In this document: in pieces, positions 7,689 to 15,749 of the stretch
Numbering within the stretch: position 1 is the stretch's first letter
Layout of the letters: each line of letters begins with the position of its first letter
Source: a virus
Lineage: Duplodnaviria; Caudoviricetes
Virus record (IMG/VR): IMGVR_UViG_3300030376_001261
Span: 1-26,565 of that record
Reading direction: 5' to 3' (one strand)
DNA length: 26,565 bases
Notes under the pieces: model-generated
Told to the model about the DNA's origin: nothing
Seen by the model: the letters and a program-made list of their open reading frames with translations, nothing else
Databases searched by the model: none
Translations under genes and position numbers: made by a program

Positions 7689-9541
7689 TATCTTCTACCA
7701 TCTGGTCTAATTTGCAGCCTAAGATCACCTAAACGCCAACCATAATCGCTAGAAGAGTTGGATATCTTTAAAGCTGCTTGCCTGCTTCTAGCTCTAGTAT
7801 TTTCAAATGTAGAGTTAGGGGTTACATTAATTGTTTGTAATGTTGATAATTCTTGCAAAGGATAGTCTCTGCCTTTAATTGTAAAAGTTACAGTATCGCT
7901 TGTGCTTTGTTGATCTCTAAACTCTACGTCAGGTATTAACTTAGATATAAATGTAAAGCTTTCACCATCAGGCTCTAAATCAAAATCACTAGATTCTATA
8001 TAAGCAGTAAATGAATCGCTTCCATCTCCATGCCCAACTTCATGGCTGTATATATAATTAGTATTAGAACTGCTATCATTCTTGCTTGCTGCAATAGGAT
8101 GTTCATATATTGTTGCTTCATCCCAAGCCGTTCTTACAAAATTATCTGTTGTTGTTCCTATAGACCATGTTTGCTCTAAATAGTTATATAAAACATATTT
8201 ATTTATTTCAGTGCTTGTGCCAGAAGGATAAAACCACATGACTTCATTTACGCTATCATTTGAAGCTGCAAATACTTTATATGCTTGATCTTGGTTTAAG
8301 TCAGATAAAACATAATCTAAAACAGTACATGGAACCCTTTCGGTTGAACCTGAATAAACATAAAATCCATTACGATCCATAAAGTAAACTCTATTGTTAG
8401 ATGTTGCTGCTGCATTAGGCGAAATCAAACTTGGTCCTTCTGCTACTTCTGTAAAAGAAAATATAAAAGGTTCGCCTACAAAACGCATAGAAACAATTCC
8501 AGCATCAGTCCAAATTAATATTTCTTGCCTTGTTCTCAAAGCACCAATAATTGTTGAACCTTGAGATAACTGTACTCCGCCTGCTTGGTTTGTTGCTGTT
8601 GGAGTCCAATCAACCGCACTTTCTCTATCCGAAAATCTAACCAACAATGGGTCAATATTAGAAGAACCAATTGGATTTGCTCCAAAAGCTATTACATGTT
8701 TATCTACATCTGATGTCATAACTTGTAAACATTTTGTCGGAACATCACTCGCACCTGACTCTGCTGTTAAATTAACAGCCCTTGTTGTTAGCCCATCTGA
8801 CTTATCCCAAAAATAAATGCCTCCATTTCTAGGATTAACTATTGCATCATCTCCAAAGTTATCAAGCGACCACAATCTTAATTGATTAGAAAAACCTAAA
8901 TCGCCAGAAGAACCAAAAGTTCCATCTCCCCAGCTATTTAAACCCCAACCAGTACCACGAACATAAACATCTAATCCAGAATTTAATTGATAAACGCCAA
9001 CAACACTACTCCCACCATTACCAGTATCACTAGCATTAGCGGTAGCGGTTGCTGTAAAGGTATATGTATTTGCGCTTGGAACAGAGTCAATTTGGTATTC
9101 TTGATTTAAAACAGATGCTGTTATGTTTCCACTCAAAGTAGCAGCTCCTGAAAAAGTTACAAAGTCTCCCTCTACGGCTCCATGACTGGTATCTGTTGCA
9201 GTAATTGTTGTAGAACCATTTGTTGCTGCAAAAGTAATATCACCAGCAGAAGTAGTTGCTCTTATTGGTGTTATGTCGTAATAAACATCTCCACTTAAAT
9301 TATAAAGTTTTTGATGAGTTCCCAATATAACAAAGGTATCTCCATTGGTAGCTTTATAGGGATATATTTTTCTGCATGTTCCAATAAATGTATCATTAGA
9401 ATATTTCTGCCAACCACCTATTCTTTCGGGTCTACCCTTTCTAAATCTAACTTTATCTGCATCAAACCAACCGCCCTCATTACTATAATTAGTGCCTTCC
9501 CTATTGATTCCTGCTCTAAAAACATATTTTCTTAATGGCAT
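7688..9541 (-). CDS. tail nozzle / P22 gp10-like head-stabilisation (tail tubular B-type) protein (617 aa)
   Basis: GINREGT..GGWFDADKVRFRKGRPERIGGW N-terminus; beta-propeller-like motifs (LVRFSDRE, EILIWTD, VYFMDRNGFYVYSG, EVMWFYPS, YVLYNY..WSIG); C-terminal WRLGDLRLQIRPDGRR; size and position fit. Confidence 0.75.
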   Translation of the reverse strand: MPLRKYVFRAGINREGTNYSNEGGWFDADKVRFRKGRPERIGGWQKYSNDTFIGTCRKIYPYKATNGDTFVILGTHQKLYNLSGDVYYDITPIRATTSAGDITFAATNGSTTITATDTSHGAVEGDFVTFSGAATLSGNITASVLNQEYQIDSVPSANTYTFTATATANASDTGNGGSSVVGVYQLNSGLDVYVRGTGWGLNSWGDGTFGSSGDLGFSNQLRLWSLDNFGDDAIVNPRNGGIYFWDKSDGLTTRAVNLTAESGASDVPTKCLQVMTSDVDKHVIAFGANPIGSSNIDPLLVRFSDRESAVDWTPTATNQAGGVQLSQGSTIIGALRTRQEILIWTDAGIVSMRFVGEPFIFSFTEVAEGPSLISPNAAATSNNRVYFMDRNGFYVYSGSTERVPCTVLDYVLSDLNQDQAYKVFAASNDSVNEVMWFYPSGTSTEINKYVLYNYLEQTWSIGTTTDNFVRTAWDEATIYEHPIAASKNDSSSNTNYIYSHEVGHGDGSDSFTAYIESSDFDLEPDGESFTFISKLIPDVEFRDQQSTSDTVTFTIKGRDYPLQELSTLQTINVTPNSTFENTRARSRQAALKISNSSSDYGWRLGDLRLQIRPDGRR

Positions 9542-9543
9542 AA

Positions 9544-9936
9544 TTATTTCTCGTTTTTTTCCTCTTCGTCTTCATCAATGTCTCTGTAATAATCAACAAT
9601 ATGCAATATTTGCTCTAAATACCTAGTAATCTCGCCCATTGTCATTGATAAATTTTCATAACCTTGCGATGTCAAACCATAATAAGCAACTCTGGGTTCT
9701 TCTCCAGATTCAACCTTTTCAATATACTCTTCCATAGTGTCTGGGTTCAGAATAACCCATTCAACAGGGGGAGTGTCGATTGGTTCTGGCAAAGGAGGAT
9801 GATAGATTGGTGTCCGCTTCGCAACATTGACAACCTCAACAGGCTTCACTTGTGGCTCTCTGTTACCCATCTCACCCAACAAAGAGTATGTAGAGCAGCC
9901 GTTAATTAGAGGTAGAAGTATTAGTAGTCTCTTCAT
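9544..9936 (-). CDS. outer-membrane lipoprotein, putative o-spanin (Rz1-like) (130 aa)
   Basis: Signal peptide with lipobox (MKRLLILLPLING-C), Pro-rich segment (PIYHPPLPEPIDTPPVEW), and a 35-nt overlap with the upstream TM/coiled-coil gene. Confidence 0.7.
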   Translation of the reverse strand: MKRLLILLPLINGCSTYSLLGEMGNREPQVKPVEVVNVAKRTPIYHPPLPEPIDTPPVEWVILNPDTMEEYIEKVESGEEPRVAYYGLTSQGYENLSMTMGEITRYLEQILHIVDYYRDIDEDEEEKNEK

Positions 9937-10309
9937 CGCTTGTTAGTAATTTAAAGTTTTCTATAACCCTTGCTGTCGCCCGATTAACTTTTCCTTGCAA
10001 AACTAAAGGTTCTGTCATTGCCATTCCCTCTAAGTTAAAGTTGGCAAACTTACTTCTAAGCTTGGTTACTGTTGCTTGAGAAGCGCTGTATTGCGTATTT
10101 AGGGTTTGTATTTGAGCTTGTGTTTTCTTAGCAGACTCTAAGGCTTTTACAATTTGATCGTTTTGTTCTTGTATCGTTCTTTCTAGTACAGCTTGATTAT
10201 TAATTGCTGTTTGTAGTTCAACTTTTGCTTTATCTAACTTAGTAAACGCAACTATATTAACCATAATGGAAACAAAAAGCAGACCACCTATAACTAAAGC
10301 AAGTTTCAC
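9902..10309 (-). CDS. putative i-spanin (Rz-like) (135 aa)
   Basis: GTG start with GAGG RBS; single N-terminal TM helix then a long coiled coil; overlaps a lipoprotein gene. Confidence 0.7.
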   Translation of the reverse strand: MKLALVIGGLLFVSIMVNIVAFTKLDKAKVELQTAINNQAVLERTIQEQNDQIVKALESAKKTQAQIQTLNTQYSASQATVTKLRSKFANFNLEGMAMTEPLVLQGKVNRATARVIENFKLLTSDEETTNTSTSN

Positions 10310-10327
10310 TATTATTTCCTCATTGTT

Positions 10328-10702
10328 TTATGTTTTTTTATGGCTGTTTGTATATAATCCAAACCAAGCTGCGCCAGCACCCACAACAATCGAAATCAAT
10401 CCTGATTGTTCAAAACTAGGGTCTGTTAAATCCATAAACCAAAAGGTTGTAAAATACAGTAAATACATATACACCGCTAAAAAAGCTCTAGGTATAATTC
10501 TCCAACTATCTATTGCTTGTGCTACAAAAATAAATTTTTGATAAGGGTTGTCGTTCTTTTTGTCTTCAAGCTCTCTTATACGATCTTTAAGTGAAGCATT
10601 CTCTTGAAGCATTTCCATGAACTTAGATAAGTCCATCTCAACTTCATTTCGAGACATATCTCCACCAAATCTACTGCTTGGATAATGTTCTTCTTCGCTC
10701 AT
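10328..10702 (-). CDS. holin-like membrane protein (124 aa)
   Basis: N-terminal coiled coil, AIDSWRIIPR motif, two predicted TM helices and a basic C-terminus; adjacent to the spanins. Confidence 0.55.
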   Translation of the reverse strand: MSEEEHYPSSRFGGDMSRNEVEMDLSKFMEMLQENASLKDRIRELEDKKNDNPYQKFIFVAQAIDSWRIIPRAFLAVYMYLLYFTTFWFMDLTDPSFEQSGLISIVVGAGAAWFGLYTNSHKKT

Positions 10703-10703
10703 A

Positions 10704-11069
10704 TTAATTCGCCAATGGGTTATCGTTTTTGTTTTTTAAACTCTGAACATCATCATACATAATGTCAATGCTTGAGTTAATCCCTGCAATGCTTGTTTGC
10801 ATAGCAACAATGTCATTTTTAATCGGACTTAAATCTTGTGTCTCTATGTTTAACGATTTAATTTGCTCGTCAACTGCGACTACTTTTTTATCCAAGTCTG
10901 TAACTTGATCCGCAAGTGCATCAATCTCATTAATATAACGAGTCATTTTAGACTCAAGATTCTCTATGCGATTAACATACGTTGCGCCCGTATATCCGAA
11001 ACCAGCTAGCGTACTAACTATACCTGCTAGTGCAATAAGCTGTGTTGTTTTACTTTGAAACCAATCCAT
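10704..11069 (-). CDS. membrane-anchored coiled-coil protein (121 aa)
   Basis: N-terminal TM (LIALAGIVSTLAGFGYTG), heptad coiled coil, C-terminal NPLAN; third gene of the secreted cassette. Confidence 0.7.
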   Translation of the reverse strand: MDWFQSKTTQLIALAGIVSTLAGFGYTGATYVNRIENLESKMTRYINEIDALADQVTDLDKKVVAVDEQIKSLNIETQDLSPIKNDIVAMQTSIAGINSSIDIMYDDVQSLKNKNDNPLAN

Positions 11070-11077
11070 ATCTACTC

Positions 11078-13468
11078 CTATAAATTAGGTTGCATACTAA
11101 TTAAATTATTTATTTCGTTTAAATTTTTGCCATACATTTGAGCAAATGCAACATTATTATCAGGAATATTAGCATTTGCATAAATATCTTCTGGCTCATA
11201 CCAAGTAGCAAGCTTTGGTAATTCAACTTGTGTATATCCATTAAACCCTTGAACATATCCCATGTATGCAATCAATTGAGACTCATCTGCATACTCACCT
11301 GTTTCTTGTTGTTGCTGTTCTAACTGTTCTTGTTGATCTTCTATATTTTTTGCAACAATCTGATCGGCAATTAAATCTGCTTCAGAAGCAGGCATTTCAG
11401 ACATTGCTGTACTAATTTCTAACTCCATTGAGCCAACTGCTGTGTTTTGTGAGCCACTATTATTTGTATCACTTTGACCAACTGCTACGTTTTGTGAACC
11501 AGTAGTATTACTCGAAACGCTTGTATTTGTTGAAGTATTAGAAGCAACAGTTGTTGAACTGCCAACAGAAGCATTATTGCCACCCATAGTATTTGATCCG
11601 CTTTCGCCAACAGAAGAATTATTACCACCTACTGCAACATTGCTAGAACTCATCGATAAAACTTGTTGAGTTTGTATTGCAGAACTTGTTACTTGTGCAG
11701 AAATACTAGGCGAATTACTGGTGCTTATACCGCCTCCTGACGCTGAACTAGCTACTGCTGTGCTTGTAGTGTTAGAAACGCCACCAGAAGCCACAGAAGA
11801 AGCGTAGGAGCCTCCTGATGATATAGATGTACCTGTAGCCTGTGCAGATGTTCCAGAGGTTGTGCCGCTTACACTATTACTTGCTGCTCTAATAGAGTCT
11901 GCTACAACATTTAATTGTTTTGCTTTTTTGCTGTCTTTTTTATCTTCGCCCTCTGCGATAACAACTTCGATAGTTTCTTCTCTATCTTCGCTCTCTTCAT
12001 CAATTGTTTCGTTATCTTCCAAGTCATTAAATTCTTCTTCATCAGAATCAGCAAGTTGTTCAAGTATTTCTTCACTTTCTTCACTTTCAATCCACTCCTC
12101 AATTTCTTCTATTGTTTCAAACTCAAGAAACTCAATTTCTTCTTCTTCTATATATTCTTCAAGATTCTCTTGATATTCAAAATGATTTAATAAGACATCT
12201 TCTAATACAGGAAGATCGTAGTTTGTTTCATAATATTCTTCTACCAACAAAATTTCTTCATATATCTGTTCTATATAAGGCTCTTCTTCGATATAACTTA
12301 AAGGAATAAAAATTTCTTCGGGCAGTAAATCAAATTCTTCTATAAAAGTCTCAAGGTATTCTTCTTCAAAATACAGTGTTTCTTCGTAATACAATTCTTC
12401 TTCGTAATATTGTTCTTCAAAATAAAGTTCTTCTTGGTAAGGGTCTAATCCTTGTAACTCAGCAATATATATAAGCTCTTCTTCATAGTAGTAATCTTCT
12501 TCGTAATACGATTCAGTGTATCCGTACTGCTCTTCTTCATAGGTTTCATAGCCGTACATATCTTCTTCGTAATAAGTGTCTTGGACAAAAGTTTCGACCA
12601 TATATCCAGCACAAGCTGGCGAATACTGCGAGTCCAAAGTACACTCATAATCAAACAAATCATCCCAATAGTTAGGACACTGAGTAGAATACAATCCATC
12701 TAAGTCACATTGCTGAGTTAAATATGCTGCTCCATATCCTGAACAAGCAGTGTTGTTTAAGGGGTTGCTGCAATCCAAAGCATTGCCAGAACCTAGACCA
12801 TATAAACTGCCCCCATTTTCTAATAATGTATTAAATGAGGTGTTATTCCAATTGGTATTAACACAAGTGCCTGCAACATTTGTTGTTCCTGTGCTGCATT
12901 CATCGTGAAATAAATAGGTATATAACTCGTCTGCTGCGCCTTGTTCACCGATCAATACATCGTGATTAATAATATCCAATGCCCCGTATCGAAATTCAAA
13001 ACTGTCGTCTGACTTCCATAATATGACCTCAAAAGAGTTATCTGTGTTGCCTCGATTGTATTCCCGTAGGTTGTACCACCCAAAGACTGTTTTGTCGGTA
13101 AAGTTTCTAGCCAACACACTTGAGCCGTTGTCTCGTATTAGATCAGTCCAAAAAGGATATAATGTGTATGTTATTTCAGGCAGTGGATCAGGTGTGTAGT
13201 CATTACAATAACCTCCTGACGACCCAAAGTGTAAACAACCATTCGTTGCCATTCTAGCAGATGTAAAGTCTTCACCATAAAAAGTAAAAGTAAAATCTAA
13301 ATTAAAAGCACTGGATACTTGGTCATCACCAACACCCATATTGTTAGAAGTAGCTATATAGTTTGTCTTTAAATCAATAAGAGATTGATTTGCTTCGTAA
13401 ATATACCCTGCATTTAATGTAGGTATAAATAAAACAAAAGTTAAACTAACTGCCCTTATCAAATTCAC
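11078..13468 (-). CDS. secreted protein (796 aa): NIDO-like N-terminal domain, three Cys-pair repeats, Glu/Tyr-rich and Ser-rich regions
   Basis: Signal peptide (..LTFVLFIPTLNA-G). GDDQVSSAFNLDFTFTFYG..MATNGCLHF..LYPFWTDL..NSFEVIL..FEFRYG resembles nidogen-like (NIDO) domains. C-x8/9-C-x2-Y repeats at ~12602-12775. Confidence 0.7.
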   Translation of the reverse strand: MNLIRAVSLTFVLFIPTLNAGYIYEANQSLIDLKTNYIATSNNMGVGDDQVSSAFNLDFTFTFYGEDFTSARMATNGCLHFGSSGGYCNDYTPDPLPEITYTLYPFWTDLIRDNGSSVLARNFTDKTVFGWYNLREYNRGNTDNSFEVILWKSDDSFEFRYGALDIINHDVLIGEQGAADELYTYLFHDECSTGTTNVAGTCVNTNWNNTSFNTLLENGGSLYGLGSGNALDCSNPLNNTACSGYGAAYLTQQCDLDGLYSTQCPNYWDDLFDYECTLDSQYSPACAGYMVETFVQDTYYEEDMYGYETYEEEQYGYTESYYEEDYYYEEELIYIAELQGLDPYQEELYFEEQYYEEELYYEETLYFEEEYLETFIEEFDLLPEEIFIPLSYIEEEPYIEQIYEEILLVEEYYETNYDLPVLEDVLLNHFEYQENLEEYIEEEEIEFLEFETIEEIEEWIESEESEEILEQLADSDEEEFNDLEDNETIDEESEDREETIEVVIAEGEDKKDSKKAKQLNVVADSIRAASNSVSGTTSGTSAQATGTSISSGGSYASSVASGGVSNTTSTAVASSASGGGISTSNSPSISAQVTSSAIQTQQVLSMSSSNVAVGGNNSSVGESGSNTMGGNNASVGSSTTVASNTSTNTSVSSNTTGSQNVAVGQSDTNNSGSQNTAVGSMELEISTAMSEMPASEADLIADQIVAKNIEDQQEQLEQQQQETGEYADESQLIAYMGYVQGFNGYTQVELPKLATWYEPEDIYANANIPDNNVAFAQMYGKNLNEINNLISMQPNL

Positions 13469-14633
13469 GCTTACAAGTCAGCCTTGATTTATTTTGCCCA
13501 GAAGAGTTTTCAGTTTTAGCGCATTTAGCAACATAGCTGGCTTTAGCTTCTTTATAGTCTGGGCGATCTTTAGGGTTTGCTGCCCATGCTGCTCTTGCTT
13601 CCTCGCCTATCTTGCCCTCATACGGGCATGGAGTACCAGCCATATACATCGCACTAAATACTCTAACGTCTTGGCACATAATAGCAACTGCTGCGACTTT
13701 CATACCCATATCATAAAGATACTTACCTAGTTTTAGTCTTTCACAGTTTTCATCTCTAACTGTTCTTCCAGCAGACAAACCAAATACTTGTCCTTGAAAT
13801 GCACCAGACCGACCTACAGTACAGAGGTCTTGGCTGTAGCTCATTATAGAAGGAGCAATCGCAGAAGCAGGCGGTGCTTCAGTCTTGATGTTTTGATTAA
13901 TAGTTTGCTCAGATTTCGACTCATTAATGTTTCGATTTGTGTTGTTAGAAGTGCTGGTGTTTTCATTAACATTTTTATTGTCTGTGGTTACGTTTGAGTT
14001 TGAGTTCGACTCGTTTTTATTTACGTTTGTGTTGTTAGATGTTGATGACGAAGTGTTGTTGTTGTTATTTGTGTTTATGTTTGTATTCGTACTTGTCGAA
14101 GTGTTGTTGTTGTTATTTGTGTTAGTCGATGTACTAGTATTGTTATTGGTATTAGTGCTTGTCGAAGTATTTGTATTTGTATTTGTATTATTATTTGTAT
14201 TGCTCGATGTGCTTGTATTTGTATTGTTATTTGTATTTGTTGCGGTTGATGTCGAAGTATTTGTATTTGTGTTGTTGTTGGTAGCAGTCGAGCTATTAGT
14301 ATTATTATTAGTATTGGTGTTAGTATTTGTTGCTGTTGATGTACTAGTATTGTTATTTGTGTTGTTGTTGGTATTAGTGTTTGTATTTGTGTTAGTACCA
14401 GTAGATGTAGTAGTTGTTGTATTAGTATTGTTATTAGTATTAGTATTAGTATTGGTGTTGGTGTTAGTGTTGGTATTGGTGTTGGTATTCGTATTAGTTG
14501 TAGTTGTAGTCGATGTCGTAGTCATCGAGTTTTGTTCGCAATACTGATCCCCAGCAGTACAGTCACCAGTTTGATCTGCTTGTGCATCATTTATAAAAAA
14601 AAATACAGCAAGCAATGAAATATATTTTTTCAT
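13446..14633 (-). CDS. secreted protein (395 aa) with a ~200-aa Asn/Thr low-complexity tract and a Cys-containing C-terminal domain
   Basis: Signal peptide (MKKYISLLAVFFFINDAQA-D); TNTNTN repeats; C-terminal PPASAIAPS..DLC..SGAFQ..FGLSAG..DENCERLKL..MGMKVAAVAIMCQD.RVF.AM..AGTPCP. Confidence 0.75.
   Translation of the reverse strand: MKKYISLLAVFFFINDAQADQTGDCTAGDQYCEQNSMTTTSTTTTTNTNTNTNTNTNTNTNTNTNTNNNTNTTTTTSTGTNTNTNTNTNNNTNNNTSTSTATNTNTNTNNNTNSSTATNNNTNTNTSTSTATNTNNNTNTSTSSNTNNNTNTNTNTSTSTNTNNNTSTSTNTNNNNNTSTSTNTNINTNNNNNTSSSTSNNTNVNKNESNSNSNVTTDNKNVNENTSTSNNTNRNINESKSEQTINQNIKTEAPPASAIAPSIMSYSQDLCTVGRSGAFQGQVFGLSAGRTVRDENCERLKLGKYLYDMGMKVAAVAIMCQDVRVFSAMYMAGTPCPYEGKIGEEARAAWAANPKDRPDYKEAKASYVAKCAKTENSSGQNKSRLTCKREFDKGS
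13925..14520 (-). repeat. low-complexity coding repeat (AAY/ACN codons; Asn-Thr-Ser)
   Basis: Degenerate gtatt/gtgtt hexamer repeats on the + strand, e.g. 14420-14500. Confidence 0.9.
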
Positions 14634-15049
14634 ATGCTATCTGGGTCAAACAAACCATTTGCAATTAATGTTTGTCTATTAGTAATGTGTTCTTTTTCTA
14701 TTTCTTCTTTGCTCTGTCCGTAATATTCAACTGCAAGAAAGTTATCAATTAAAGATTGATTGATATTTGTATCGCCAACATGAAGCTCTCCTAATATACG
14801 ACCAAACTTGCCTTTTTTATCTTTTTTGGTTTTTATAACAACATCACCTTTAGATAACTCTTTAACCAAAAAATCTTTACTCATAAGACCTCTAGCCTTT
14901 TCATCTTTATCTCTAGTGCGGGATTCTGGTGTATCAATGCCATACATACGAACTCTTGCCTTATGAAATATAGAAAAACCACAATCAATAATTACATCGA
15001 CTGTATCACCATCTACAACTCTTGCTATTTGACAATTATATTCAAACAT
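14630..15049 (-). CDS. thermonuclease (staphylococcal nuclease-like, SNase) (139 aa)
   Basis: Motifs RVVDGDT, RVRMYGIDTPE, KGKFGRILG and NINQSLID..LAV; no signal peptide. Confidence 0.9.
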   Translation of the reverse strand: MFEYNCQIARVVDGDTVDVIIDCGFSIFHKARVRMYGIDTPESRTRDKDEKARGLMSKDFLVKELSKGDVVIKTKKDKKGKFGRILGELHVGDTNINQSLIDNFLAVEYYGQSKEEIEKEHITNRQTLIANGLFDPDSI

Positions 15050-15180
15050 TACAACAACCCAAAAATTCTAAATAAATCCCAAAGAACATAGGCAAAACAA
15101 ATCCAAAATGCTTTTCTATAAAAAGCATATTTGTTGTAAACAACTTCTGGCACTTTGCCTAATCTATAAAGCTCTTCCAT
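15049..15180 (-). CDS. small membrane peptide (43 aa; not in the ORF track)
   Basis: MEELYRLGKVPEVVYNKYAFYRKAFWICFAYVLWDLFRIFGLL*. The TAA overlaps the nuclease ATG (TAATG) and the ORF fills the gap; RBS weak. Confidence 0.55.
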   Translation of the reverse strand: MEELYRLGKVPEVVYNKYAFYRKAFWICFAYVLWDLFRIFGLL

Positions 15181-15195
15181 GAATATTCAAAAACT

Positions 15196-15405
15196 TTACT
15201 CAGTTTCTTTATCAGTTGCTTGTGTTTCTTCTTCTAACTTGTCAACAACAGTACCAACCGCACCAACTGGTATAGCTATTGCTGTCTGCCCAATGCTAAC
15301 TACATCATCAACAACTGCTCCTGCAATGTTTTTGCCTGATTCTATCGTTGTTTGTACTGCCGAACAGCCTGTTAAAATAAAACTTAACGCTAATATTTTT
15401 TTCAT
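15196..15405 (-). CDS. small lipoprotein (69 aa)
   Basis: MKKILALSFILTG-C lipobox followed by an amphipathic helix; entericidin-like size and composition. Confidence 0.75.
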   Translation of the reverse strand: MKKILALSFILTGCSAVQTTIESGKNIAGAVVDDVVSIGQTAIAIPVGAVGTVVDKLEEETQATDKETE

Positions 15406-15569
15406 TACTTATCCTTTGCTTTCCATAGGTTTAAAGCTCCTGCATCAATTACTGCATAGAGTTTTTTCATCCAACCCGTTTTTTTAGGCGTTGGTGTTAT
15501 CATTGCAATTACACTACAAGTAGTAACTACTGTCATTATAATTGCCATTATATTTGCAAATGTTTGCAT
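15405..15569 (-). CDS. small holin-like membrane protein (54 aa; not in the ORF track)
   Basis: Strong RBS AAGGAG; MQTFANIMAIIMTVVTTCSVIAMITPTPKKTGWMKKLYAVIDAGALNLWKAKDK*. TM helix + TPTP + ALN.KAK pattern seen in small phage membrane proteins; TAATG coupling to the lipoprotein gene. Confidence 0.75.
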   Translation of the reverse strand: MQTFANIMAIIMTVVTTCSVIAMITPTPKKTGWMKKLYAVIDAGALNLWKAKDK

Positions 15570-15581
15570 ATTTTTTCTCCT

Positions 15582-15749
15582 TTATCCAAAAATTATTCCA
15601 GCCATACCAATTACCAAAGTAATCAGTGTAGCCACTATAAAGTGTTCCAGTCGTTTAACCCTGTTAATAACTTCTAACCATCGCTCTGCACAGACTGCTT
15701 CGTGGCTTTCTATTTTATTATTAACAGTAGCTACAGTCATTTTGCTCAT
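15582..15749 (-). CDS. XhlA-like coiled-coil + C-terminal TM protein (55 aa; start revised from 15770)
   Basis: ATGA overlap with the oxygenase stop supports the MSKMT start; HEAVCAERW helix then TM FIVATLITLVIGMAGIIFG. Confidence 0.65.
   Translation of the reverse strand: MSKMTVATVNNKIESHEAVCAERWLEVINRVKRLEHFIVATLITLVIGMAGIIFG

Noticed and set aside
11862-12699. Alternative-frame and antisense ORFs in the acidic region
   Set aside because: Artefacts of GAA-rich low-complexity sequence.
13925-14520. Possible CRISPR array or non-coding satellite
   Set aside because: No constant repeat with unique spacers; it is an in-frame coding repeat.
13927-14547. 206-aa Val/Leu-rich + strand ORF that looks like a membrane protein
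   Set aside because: It is the antisense shadow of the Asn/Thr repeat (AAY/ACN reversed gives Val/Leu/Phe codons); no independent evidence of expression.
14595-14603. T9 run in the signal-peptide coding region as a phase-variation switch
   Set aside because: Runs of 7-8 A/T are common in this AT-rich sequence and the run encodes FFF in frame; read-level data would be needed.
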